A model generated the notes under the pieces. The model saw nothing but the letters and a program-made list of their open reading frames with translations. It searched no databases and was not told where the DNA came from. Shown here one piece after another: positions 8,050 through 16,149 of a stretch of DNA of 20,000 nucleotides; position 1 is the stretch's first letter, and each line of letters opens with the position of its first letter. The DNA lies in the IMG/VR virus record IMGVR_UViG_3300028800_000095. One strand, given 5' to 3'. The DNA comes from an uncultured virus (IMG/VR IMGVR_UViG_3300028800_000095) (Duplodnaviria; Heunggongvirae; Uroviricota; Caudoviricetes). Position numbers and translations under genes: made by a program.

Positions 8050-10510
8050 CGCCTTTTGCGAACTCTGTCCTCTGCACCACGGAGCGAGGCATGTTTGTCT
8101 GTGGGGAGAAGGCGACGAGAATGCGGAGGTCATGGTAGTAGCCGAAAACCCAGAGAAACGGGACGACCAAACGGGGCATCCTTTCGAAGGCCAGGGCGGG
8201 CAGATGATCCGTGCGGAGCTTAAGAAGCTTGGGTTTAACTCCGTTTACTTTACCTACGCTACTAAGTGCGCGACAGCGGGCAAGATAGGAGCGAAGGACG
8301 CGAAGGCCTGCAAACCTTACCTGGAAGAGGAGATCAAGCGTGTTAAACCGAAGTACGTGGTCACTCTCGGAAGCTTGGCTTCGAAGGTTGTACTTAAGAA
8401 GTCTAAGATCACCGAGGAGCACGGCCAGCTCGTCGAACTACCAGGCTTTCAGGGAATGCCGGTTTACCAGGCCTCCTATGCAATTCGAGATCCGAGTAAG
8501 CTCCCCGCTATCCAATACGACCTGGCCCGGCTTAAGCGCACGATAGATGGAACAACCATAGAAGACCCCTTTCGATGGTCTCTGGTTAAGGATGTTGGTA
8601 GCTTCGAGCATTTCCTGCGTGAGTTTATCGAGGCCGAGGAGTTCTCCTTTGATACAGAAACCAGTAGTCTCTTCCCCCACGACGGAAAAGGATTTGTTCG
8701 CTGCATTGGTATTGGCCTTCCTATACGGGCTTGGGTTATCCCTCTGGATATGCCCGGTTCACCTTTCGAGGGCAAGCCATCTCTGGTTAGGGCTATTGGG
8801 CATATCCTGCGTTATTACGCTAGAGGCAAGGGAACGGTGGCGCAGAACGGGAAGTTCGATAACGAGTGGTTAACCTACTGCGCTGGGGGCGGGTTCTACG
8901 AGAACTTCGATACGATGCTCGCTCATCACGTCCTTGACGAGAACCAGCCGCATGATCTTAAGTACCTCGCTCGAATGGAATTAGACTGCCCCGAGTATGA
9001 CATACCGAAGAAGGAGAAAACCGGTGGTTCGCTTCACATACCGGCTAAGAGGCTTGAGTATTGGGAATACTGCGCGCGGGACGCTTGGAATACGCTTCGA
9101 CTTAAGTGGGTATTTAAGAAGCGGCTTAACGCAAGTCTACCGTTGCGTCGCCTCTTCTATCAGATCGTTATGCCAGCTTCCCGGGTACTCGAAAAGGCGG
9201 AGATGGAAGGCCTTACGCTCGATCTACCGAGATATGCCCAGGTCGAACAAGAGGCTAGAACCAAGAGACTGAACTTGGAGCTAGAGTTAAAAGCGATTGC
9301 TGATATTAACTGGAATTCTCCCGACCAAGTCGCAGCGATTCTGTTCGATGACTTAGGACTAAAGTCAACCGTTAAGACCGACGGGGGCAAACGCTCTACC
9401 GGTGAGGCTGCTCTCGTTGACTTAAAGGGCAAACACCCGGTCGCGGATACGTTAATCTCCTTCCGCGAAACCGATAAATTTATTGGCACCTACCTCGAAG
9501 GCTGGAAGGATTTCATACATGAAGGACGACTCTACTTGGGATATAAAATTCACGGTACGGTTACGGGAAGATATAGCTCGCGGCTTCATCAAGTGCCTCG
9601 TGATGGATCCATCCGTAATCTTGTCGTTGCACCTGATGGCTGGGAGTTCTGTCAGGCAGACCTATCGCAAGCCGAACTCCGAATTGCTGCCGAGTTATCC
9701 GGCGACCTTGAATTGGTTTCGTGCTTCCGACCTGGGGGGGCCGATGTCCACTGGCGCACCATGCTCCATATCGTGGCAACCGGAGCTTCCTCCGAGTACG
9801 ACAAGCTCGCAAAGTCTACCGCAGCCCAGCTCTCACGAAGTCGCTCTGAACCGCGCATTACTGAAGCAGTGGAGATCCTCCGTTCGGTCGGGCATGATGC
9901 CGCGATAGCGGTCGATAAGGTTTGGAAAGAGGCTCGTAAGCGAGGCAAGTCAATTAACTTCGGGTTCGTCTTTGGAATGTATGAAAACAAATTTATCGAA
10001 ACCTGCAAAACGAAATACGGCTACGAGCCGACGTGGGAAGAGGCCCATGCCTTCCGTCAAGCGTACTTCGAGCTTTACCAGGGTGTCCCTAAGTGGCACG
10101 ATAAACAAAAGAGACTTGTTAAACTTTATGGCGAAGTGTCTAACCTCTTCGGAAGGGTTCGCAGACTTCCCGGAATTTACTCCTCTGACCGTGCGCTTCG
10201 TAGTGAGTGTGAAAGGCAGGCGATCAACTCCCCCGTCCAAGGAGCCATAGGCGATTGGAAAGCCGCAGCGATGGTGGAAATAGACGAGCGAATTGATCGC
10301 GACGAGCTTAGGATAGTCGGGGAGCATCACGACGCATTGCTTATGATAGTTCGCAAGGGCTGCGAGGACCGGACACTCCCGACCGTGCGAAGCATCATGC
10401 GCAAGCCGAGACTGTTGGAAACTTTCAAGATCGATATGAAGGTTCCGATGGAGTCCGAGATCGAACTAGGCCCCTGGGGGGCCGGTAAAGCCTACAAAGG
10501 AGACTTATAG
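8039..10510 (+). CDS. polA: family A DNA polymerase with N-terminal UDG family-4-like domain and 3'-5' exonuclease
   Basis: Exonuclease motifs FDTET, NGKFD, YCARDA; TVTGRYSS; motif A DLSQAELR, motif B RKRGKSINFG, motif C HHDA; N-terminal CxxC..GEG..GHPF..KC..C..LEEEI..VKPK..VTLG. Confidence 0.95.
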   Translation: MPRNAFCELCPLHHGARHVCLWGEGDENAEVMVVAENPEKRDDQTGHPFEGQGGQMIRAELKKLGFNSVYFTYATKCATAGKIGAKDAKACKPYLEEEIKRVKPKYVVTLGSLASKVVLKKSKITEEHGQLVELPGFQGMPVYQASYAIRDPSKLPAIQYDLARLKRTIDGTTIEDPFRWSLVKDVGSFEHFLREFIEAEEFSFDTETSSLFPHDGKGFVRCIGIGLPIRAWVIPLDMPGSPFEGKPSLVRAIGHILRYYARGKGTVAQNGKFDNEWLTYCAGGGFYENFDTMLAHHVLDENQPHDLKYLARMELDCPEYDIPKKEKTGGSLHIPAKRLEYWEYCARDAWNTLRLKWVFKKRLNASLPLRRLFYQIVMPASRVLEKAEMEGLTLDLPRYAQVEQEARTKRLNLELELKAIADINWNSPDQVAAILFDDLGLKSTVKTDGGKRSTGEAALVDLKGKHPVADTLISFRETDKFIGTYLEGWKDFIHEGRLYLGYKIHGTVTGRYSSRLHQVPRDGSIRNLVVAPDGWEFCQADLSQAELRIAAELSGDLELVSCFRPGGADVHWRTMLHIVATGASSEYDKLAKSTAAQLSRSRSEPRITEAVEILRSVGHDAAIAVDKVWKEARKRGKSINFGFVFGMYENKFIETCKTKYGYEPTWEEAHAFRQAYFELYQGVPKWHDKQKRLVKLYGEVSNLFGRVRRLPGIYSSDRALRSECERQAINSPVQGAIGDWKAAAMVEIDERIDRDELRIVGEHHDALLMIVRKGCEDRTLPTVRSIMRKPRLLETFKIDMKVPMESEIELGPWGAGKAYKGDL

Positions 10511-11496
10511 TGCCAGAGACCCGCTATTCTATGGTTAAGGCGTATCGTCGCTGCCCAAAGAGCTTCGAGTATCGATACGTTAAGAACCTGCAACGTACCA
10601 GGCCGTCGCCCCCGTTGCTCCGGGGAACGATCATTCACGCAATGCTCGATGTCCGAGCTATCGGCACCGGGGCTAAGAAGCCGATGACGGTCCTTAGCGA
10701 GTACGAGGAGAAATACAAAGCCCTCTTCCGGGAAGAACAGGAGCTTTACGGTGAGAACTTTATCTCTGATATCCGTCGTATCTTCGAAGGCTACGAGCGC
10801 ACTTACGGGACCGTGGAAGAGGATGGTCTTATCTACGAAGCTTCCGAAGAGTTTGTCGCTACTGACCTTACCCCCGATATTCGGTATACGGGTCACCTCG
10901 ACAAACGGGTTGTCACCCGACGCGATGGGCGTCGCTGGATCTTGGATCATAAATCACACCGGGTGATTCCGACCGAGGAGCAGAGATTTCAGGACTACCA
11001 GATTCTGATGTACGTTTGGGCGTATAACCGCGAGCACCCGAAGGACAAGATCGATGGTGTTATGTGGGATTACATCCGAACGAAGGCCCCAACGATTCCC
11101 GAGGTACTAAAGGCCGGGGGGCTCTCGCAGGCGAAGAACATCGATACGGACTACTACACGTATACGAAGGAGCTAACCCGCCTACGCATTGATCCGAAGC
11201 CGTACAAGGATTTCCTAGCGGCTCTTAAGGCCCGGTCTGCCGAGCGCTTTTTCCTACGGGTTAAGCTGCCCGCGCCATCGAAGGCAATGACCGAGCAGGT
11301 CGTTAAGGACTTCCGCGAGACCTCCGTGATTATGAATAATCTAAAGGTCTACCCCCGGACGATGACACGTGATTGCTCCTTCTGCGATTTCTACCGCCTC
11401 TGCAATGCCGAATTGCGCGGGCTCGATGCGGCGTTTATTCAGAAAACCGAATACGAGGAGTGCACAGTTGGCGAAGATCATACCGAAGAAGTCTAA
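10510..11496 (+). CDS. Cas4/RecB-like PD-(D/E)XK exonuclease
   Basis: YS..KAYRRCP, GTIIH, GHLD, LDHKS, QILMY and C-terminal CSFCDFYRLC (Fe-S ligand pattern). Confidence 0.85.
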   Translation: MPETRYSMVKAYRRCPKSFEYRYVKNLQRTRPSPPLLRGTIIHAMLDVRAIGTGAKKPMTVLSEYEEKYKALFREEQELYGENFISDIRRIFEGYERTYGTVEEDGLIYEASEEFVATDLTPDIRYTGHLDKRVVTRRDGRRWILDHKSHRVIPTEEQRFQDYQILMYVWAYNREHPKDKIDGVMWDYIRTKAPTIPEVLKAGGLSQAKNIDTDYYTYTKELTRLRIDPKPYKDFLAALKARSAERFFLRVKLPAPSKAMTEQVVKDFRETSVIMNNLKVYPRTMTRDCSFCDFYRLCNAELRGLDAAFIQKTEYEECTVGEDHTEEV

Positions 11497-12286
11497 TGGC
11501 CCTAAGAAGGCCAGTAGCAAATCGATCCTATCGAAGATCAAGCCGGTAGGGGATATCGAATCGCAGCTAACGATGCTCTGTTACGGGAAGGCCGGGACGG
11601 GTAAGACCGTTTTTGGCTGCTCGTTTCCGAAGCCGTTACTGTTGATTGACATTAAGGAGAAGGGCCACGAGTCCATCCTGGATGTCGAGGGCGTCGATCT
11701 CCTCCCCGTCGAGAAGTGGAGCGAGCTTGAGGAGATCTACTGGGAGCTTAAGGGAGGGACTAAGTACAAGTCTATCGTGCTCGATCAGTTAACCTCGATG
11801 CAGGCCCTAGCGATGGCTAAGATCCGCGAGGATAAGGGCGTTGGGGCCGAGGAGGTTATCTCTCAGCGAGCATGGGGGCAGATCTCCGGGTTGATGCAGA
11901 CCTGGCTCTATAACTTCCGGGAACTCTACTCGGACGGTTACCATATCTGCTTTAACGCTCACGAACGGTTACGGGAACCGCAGGAGGAGAACGACGAGCG
12001 TATCGCCCCATCGGTAGGTTCGAACCTGATGCAGTCGGTTGCCTCCTTTGCAAACGGGATGGTCTCGGTTATCGGGAATACCTTTATCCGGGAACACGAG
12101 GTGGAGAAGAAGAAGTACGAAATTCAGTTCTGTATGAGGGTTGGCCCGCACGCCTATTATGCTGCTAAGATTCGCCGCCCGGTATCGGCGGGTCCCGCAC
12201 CCGGCATTATCGTAAACCCTTCATTCGACAAGGTGATGAAGATCTCAAGAGGCGAGAGCCTTAACCGAACAATCAAACGTAAGTAG
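11468..12286 (+). CDS. Sak4-like AAA ATPase / phage recombinase
   Basis: LCYGKAGTGKT Walker A, LLIDIKEKG, IVLDQLT Walker B; GAGGAG 7 nt before in-frame TTG 11468; lies between the exonuclease and SSB. Confidence 0.8.
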   Translation: MAKIIPKKSNGPKKASSKSILSKIKPVGDIESQLTMLCYGKAGTGKTVFGCSFPKPLLLIDIKEKGHESILDVEGVDLLPVEKWSELEEIYWELKGGTKYKSIVLDQLTSMQALAMAKIREDKGVGAEEVISQRAWGQISGLMQTWLYNFRELYSDGYHICFNAHERLREPQEENDERIAPSVGSNLMQSVASFANGMVSVIGNTFIREHEVEKKKYEIQFCMRVGPHAYYAAKIRRPVSAGPAPGIIVNPSFDKVMKISRGESLNRTIKRK

Positions 12287-12291
12287 GAGCA

Positions 12292-13014
12292 GTGAAAATG
12301 GCAGTTAAAGCGAAGAAGAAAGGCTGGTCAGTCGAGGTTGACTTCGAGGGCGTAGAGTCCGGTGGCTTTACCCTCGATGACGGAACCTACCAGGCCGAGA
12401 TCGTCAAGGCCGAAAGCACGGAGTCCTCCGAGGGCAATCCGATGCTGGTCCTTGGGTGGGTCGTGACCGAGGGCAAGAAGAAGGGTACGAAGTTAAACTT
12501 CGATAACGTCTCCCTTATGCCCCAGGCTCTCTGGAAGCTGAAAGGCCTCCTTGAGGCTCTCGAAGTCGAAGTTCCGGACGGCGCACTGGAGATCGAGGAG
12601 AGTGATCTCGTCGGTGGGCAGTGCGGTATCGAGGTCACTAACGAGACCTACGAGGGCAAGAAGCGACCGAAGATCACCGGCTATGTCTCCGGCGGAGAGG
12701 GCGGCGAATCGTCCGACGATGATGATGACGATGATGACGATGACAAGAAGGTCGCCAAGAAGCCTGCGAAGAAGGCGGACAAGGCCAAGGACGATGACGA
12801 CGCCGACGACGAGGATGACGACGGGGACAAGAAGGTTGGAAAGAAGCCTTCGAAGACCGCGAAGTTCAAGGAAGGTCAGCGGGTCAAGTTCCGAGACGAC
12901 AAGGACAAGCTCGTCAAGGGTAAGGTAGTCGAGATCGAAGGCGATACCGCCAAGGTCGAAGATGCCGAGGGCGATACCTGGGAGCTGGAGGTCTCGGACC
13001 TCGAAGCCGTCTGA
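12292..13014 (+). CDS. phage ssDNA-binding protein (DUF669-like) with charged linker and C-terminal SH3/KOW-like domain
   Basis: DF..VE.G...GTY.A.I..AE...S..GNPML...W pattern, LWKLK.LL.A, Asp/Lys tracts, FKEGQRVKF...GKVVEI.GD.A.V. Confidence 0.7.
   Translation: MKMAVKAKKKGWSVEVDFEGVESGGFTLDDGTYQAEIVKAESTESSEGNPMLVLGWVVTEGKKKGTKLNFDNVSLMPQALWKLKGLLEALEVEVPDGALEIEESDLVGGQCGIEVTNETYEGKKRPKITGYVSGGEGGESSDDDDDDDDDDKKVAKKPAKKADKAKDDDDADDEDDDGDKKVGKKPSKTAKFKEGQRVKFRDDKDKLVKGKVVEIEGDTAKVEDAEGDTWELEVSDLEAV
12715..12860 (+). repeat. GAY trinucleotide tracts plus imperfect duplication (poly-D-KKV.KKP.K.A twice)
   Basis: gacgatgatgatgacgatgatgacgatgac; gacaagaaggtcgccaagaagcctgcgaag versus gacaagaaggttggaaagaagccttcgaag. 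Confidence 0.7.
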
Positions 13015-14348
13015 TGATTAAGACCCCTCTACTGCCCTATCAGAAGAGGGCGTCTAACCGGGCCGTCACCGCTTTAACCGGCGGTGGCGGTTTTCTGTTG
13101 TTACCCGAGCCTCGGGCGCGAAAGACCCTGATCGCTCTGGATATAATGGACCACCTAAAACCGGACTGGACTATCGTAGTCTGTCCGAAAGTTGCTATCC
13201 CCGAGTGGACCAGGCAGCTTGAAACCCATTTTAAACTCGATTGGAAGATGCAACTGACTCTGGTTAACTACGAGCAGATGGTCTCTAATCGAAAGTTTTG
13301 GTATAAGTCGGTAAAGACTGATGCCGAAATCCTACTGATCGCTGACGAAGCTCACGCCCTAAAGACACGGGGCTCCTCCCGGTCTATGGTCGTAAGGCAC
13401 GTCTCGAAGTATTGCGACTACCGACTAGGGTTAACGGGGACGCCGTTAGCCCAAGGCCCGGAGGATGCTTGGGCGCTCTGCGACTTTGCTGACCCTACCG
13501 TCTTCGGTAAGTGGGATGACAAGATTAACAAGAAGACCAAGGAGGTCCTTGAGGAAGGGTTCGATACCCGTTATCTGGTTTGGGGCGGATTTAAGGACAA
13601 GGAACTCGTTGGGTATAAGAACCAGGAGGAGTTTAAGGAGAAACTTCACTCTATCTCGTACCGCATTACCCTGCGTGAGGCGAAGCGGGAAGGGGGCCAA
13701 GCCCCGTTAAAGATCCAATACTCAAAGATGATGGTCGATCTCTCCTCCCGGAGCCGACGTGCCTACGATACGATGGAGAAACAGCTCTACGCTATCGTAA
13801 ACCAGAAAAAGGTCAAGGCTAAGAACGTCCTCTCCGTAGCGATTAAGCTCCAGCAAATTACGGGCGGGTCTCTGATCGACGAGGAGGGTATTGCCCGGGT
13901 AATCGATAGTGAGAAAATCGAGGCCCTGCATACCTTTGTTCGGAGCCTGCGCGCCCGGTCGAAATTTATTGTCATCTGCCGGTTCCTGCACGAGATCGAT
14001 AGGGTTAAGAGCCACCTAGAGAAGCTAGGGTGCTCCGTCGCTCTCGTTAAGGGGGGGTCTCCCTACGATGGGGAGTTTAAGACCGACGCTATTGTAATGC
14101 AGATCCAGAGCGGCATGGCAGTAGATATGTCTAAGGCCGATAACATAGTCTTCTACTCTGCGGACTACTCCCAGATAAATTTTGAACAGTCCCGCTTTAG
14201 GTCACTCTCATATTCGAAGTCCTTTGTACATTATCATTTTTTACTTGCCAGGGATACCGTTGATGAGATAATCTATGAGGCGCTAAGTAGAAAGGTGAAT
14301 CTATCGAGACTGATCATCGATAGTTACCGAACCAGGAGCGGGAAGTGA
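13014..14348 (+). CDS. SF2 (SNF2-like) helicase
   Basis: LLPYQ, PEPRARKT (altered motif I), IVVCP, NYE, IADEAH, GLTGTP, KLQQITGG, TVDE.IY.AL. Confidence 0.85.
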   Translation: MIKTPLLPYQKRASNRAVTALTGGGGFLLLPEPRARKTLIALDIMDHLKPDWTIVVCPKVAIPEWTRQLETHFKLDWKMQLTLVNYEQMVSNRKFWYKSVKTDAEILLIADEAHALKTRGSSRSMVVRHVSKYCDYRLGLTGTPLAQGPEDAWALCDFADPTVFGKWDDKINKKTKEVLEEGFDTRYLVWGGFKDKELVGYKNQEEFKEKLHSISYRITLREAKREGGQAPLKIQYSKMMVDLSSRSRRAYDTMEKQLYAIVNQKKVKAKNVLSVAIKLQQITGGSLIDEEGIARVIDSEKIEALHTFVRSLRARSKFIVICRFLHEIDRVKSHLEKLGCSVALVKGGSPYDGEFKTDAIVMQIQSGMAVDMSKADNIVFYSADYSQINFEQSRFRSLSYSKSFVHYHFLLARDTVDEIIYEALSRKVNLSRLIIDSYRTRSGK

Positions 14349-14698
14349 ACGACCTTAAAGACAGTATTGCCTTGGTAAAGGAGGCGCTAGCTAGCGCTCC
14401 TCCGGAGCCGGGTACCATTAGGAAAGGAGCAAGGAAAGTGCCGAAGAAAGTTGAAAAGGTGACGAAGAAGGTCACTAAGGTGGCGAAGCCCGAAAAGGCA
14501 GCGAAGAAGAGCGAGAAGGAGGTTGACGAGAACGTCGTCACGCTCGCTCAGCTCGCAGCCGAGGCCGAGATTGCCCCGCAGTCCGCGCGGGTCAAGTTGC
14601 GGGAGGCGAACGTCAGCCGTCCCGAGGGTCGCTGGCAGTGGCCGGTCGGTTCGAAGGCCCTTAAGGAGGCCCGCAAGATCGTTGGCCTCGAAGGCTAA
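14345..14698 (+). CDS. small Lys-rich putative DNA-binding protein
   Basis: K-rich tract followed by helical TLAQLAAEAEIAPQSARVKLR; alternative start GTG 14438. Confidence 0.55.
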   Translation: MNDLKDSIALVKEALASAPPEPGTIRKGARKVPKKVEKVTKKVTKVAKPEKAAKKSEKEVDENVVTLAQLAAEAEIAPQSARVKLREANVSRPEGRWQWPVGSKALKEARKIVGLEG

Positions 14699-14707
14699 CT
14701 AAGGACG

Positions 14708-14736
14708 GGGGAAGGCTCCTCCTTCCCCTACCTTTA
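14708..14736 (+). terminator. putative intrinsic terminator hairpin
   Basis: GGGGAAGG-CTCCT-CCTTCCCC 8-bp stem just after the stop at 14698; weak T tail (TACCTTT). Confidence 0.45.
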
Positions 14737-14750
14737 ACACGGAAGTTCGT

Positions 14751-15053
14751 ATGGGTCAGGCAGTTCATTACACGAAGAGGCAGCAGTGGGTTTGCTCTAC
14801 CTGCCAGAAAGAGATCCCCGCCAGTGAGATCCTTAGTCCGAGAGAGTTCCAAATACTCCTCGAATACGCTAAGGGCAAACAGGCAACCCAGATGGCACGA
14901 GAGATGTTTCTCTCCATTAAGACCATCAGCACCCACTTGATGAGAATTCGAGCCAAGCTTGGAGTATCTACTACCCGGTTACTCCTGATCTATGCTTGGG
15001 AGCACGGACTAATGTCCGGGGACTCTAGTAAGGGTTGCGTCCATCACAAGTGA
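14751..15053 (+). CDS. LuxR/GerE-type HTH regulator without sensor domain
   Basis: LSPREFQIL...G.....IA-like MAREMFLSIKTISTH..RIRAKLGV...L..YA..HGL signature; N-terminal CSTC. Confidence 0.88.
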   Translation: MGQAVHYTKRQQWVCSTCQKEIPASEILSPREFQILLEYAKGKQATQMAREMFLSIKTISTHLMRIRAKLGVSTTRLLLIYAWEHGLMSGDSSKGCVHHK

Positions 15054-15065
15054 GAAGGAGACTTT

Positions 15066-15440
15066 ATGAAAACTGCAATTTTGATTCTCGCCCTGCTCGC
15101 GTCCCCGGCTTTCGCTACCGACCTATCCCCGGCAACCATTTGCCCGTCGTATTGCACGGGGATCACTACCAATGACCTCGCCGTCACGGTCGATTACCTT
15201 AACCTGAATTCGGGCGGAGACACCACGATTATCTCGATCAACGGCGTGACTTACCGGGGAACCTCTGCCTGGACTTCGCTGACCACGAACCTGCTGCACG
15301 AGGACGTATACCTGTTCTCCCCGGACGGAACTCCGTTGCACTTCGTAGGCGACATGCGCGATACCCGAACCTGCGTAAAGTCCGGACGCGGACAGCACTG
15401 CACGGATCGCCTTTACTTCCTGGGTGGGACGGTAGAGTAA
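15066..15440 (+). CDS. secreted/periplasmic protein with signal peptide
   Basis: AAGGAG RBS; MKTAILILALLASPAFA signal peptide (AFA cleavage site); four Cys. Confidence 0.7.
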   Translation: MKTAILILALLASPAFATDLSPATICPSYCTGITTNDLAVTVDYLNLNSGGDTTIISINGVTYRGTSAWTSLTTNLLHEDVYLFSPDGTPLHFVGDMRDTRTCVKSGRGQHCTDRLYFLGGTVE

Positions 15441-15697
15441 TGAAGGCTGGTCTCCTCCTCCGTTGGGGTTCTTTCTGGGTTGGGGTGCATTGGGCTCCCG
15501 AGCACAAACGCCTCTGCGTTAATCTCCTTCCCTGCGTCACCCTCTGGGTGATAGGTGAGGGAGGAGATGTTCCTTCGGCGCATCAGCACCGGTGGAAACT
15601 CTACGCCCGCCGATTAGATCATACGGGTTGGTCCTCTCATCTCGAATGCAAGTATTGCCCCGAACGCAAAATTGTCTATGATGGAGAAGGGCCGTGA
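15440..15697 (+). CDS. hypothetical protein
   Basis: Coupled by TAATG and GTGA overlaps; Trp-rich N-terminus; C-terminal HxH...CxxC. Confidence 0.6.
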   Translation: MKAGLLLRWGSFWVGVHWAPEHKRLCVNLLPCVTLWVIGEGGDVPSAHQHRWKLYARRLDHTGWSSHLECKYCPERKIVYDGEGP

Positions 15698-16119
15698 GTG
15701 AAGCTAGCTTCTGGGATTACCTTCGCGTTCGGTTACCGAAGGACATTCACTACTCTCGGATTGAGTCCGATACCTGCCCGGGGTTCCCCGATGTTCACTA
15801 CACTCTCGACCGTGAAACCGGGACCATCGAACTGAAGGACGCTAAACTCCCAGCGGGAAAGTACCCGTTCTCTGGTAAGAGCGGATTGCGGGACTCTCAG
15901 CTTAACTGGATGGATGACGAGCTAGCCTCCGGAGGCAGGGTTCTCCTAGCCCTCCAGAAACATAACGAGATCTACATCCTACGAGCTAATGTGAATTATA
16001 GGATGCTCTCTACGATGACCCTTCGGCAGATCGAAACAGCGTCCCTCCTTCGTTGGATGAAGAGATCGGAACCCGACAACCTGACTAAGCTACTTTACGA
16101 CACCCTGATTTCCCTATAG
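15694..16119 (+). CDS. VRR-NUC / Holliday-junction-resolvase-like PD-(D/E)XK nuclease
   Basis: MSEASFW..RIES...GFPDV...IELK...LRDSQLNW...GG pattern. Confidence 0.78.
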   Translation: MSEASFWDYLRVRLPKDIHYSRIESDTCPGFPDVHYTLDRETGTIELKDAKLPAGKYPFSGKSGLRDSQLNWMDDELASGGRVLLALQKHNEIYILRANVNYRMLSTMTLRQIETASLLRWMKRSEPDNLTKLLYDTLISL

Positions 16120-16149
16120 ACTTAACGCTCCTAGGGCAAGGAGACTAAA

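Noticed and set aside
8039..10510. Intein or intron in the polymerase
   Set aside because: The ORF is continuous, its length is explained by UDG, exonuclease and polymerase domains, and no intein terminal or homing-endonuclease motifs were seen.
11369..11467. N-terminal extension of the Sak4-like ORF in the ORF track
   Set aside because: It overlaps the nuclease's Cys cluster; a strong RBS supports TTG 11468.
10510..11496. Cas4-like gene as evidence of a CRISPR system
   Set aside because: No repeat-spacer array or other cas genes were seen; solo Cas4-like nucleases next to Sak4 and SSB are ordinary in phages.
7639..12928. Many 60-165 aa antisense or alternate-frame ORFs
   Set aside because: They shadow well-supported genes and show no motifs.
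13104..13116. Palindrome CCCGAG-C-CTCGGG in helicase motif I
   Set aside because: A single coding-region palindrome with a 1-nt loop; probably chance.
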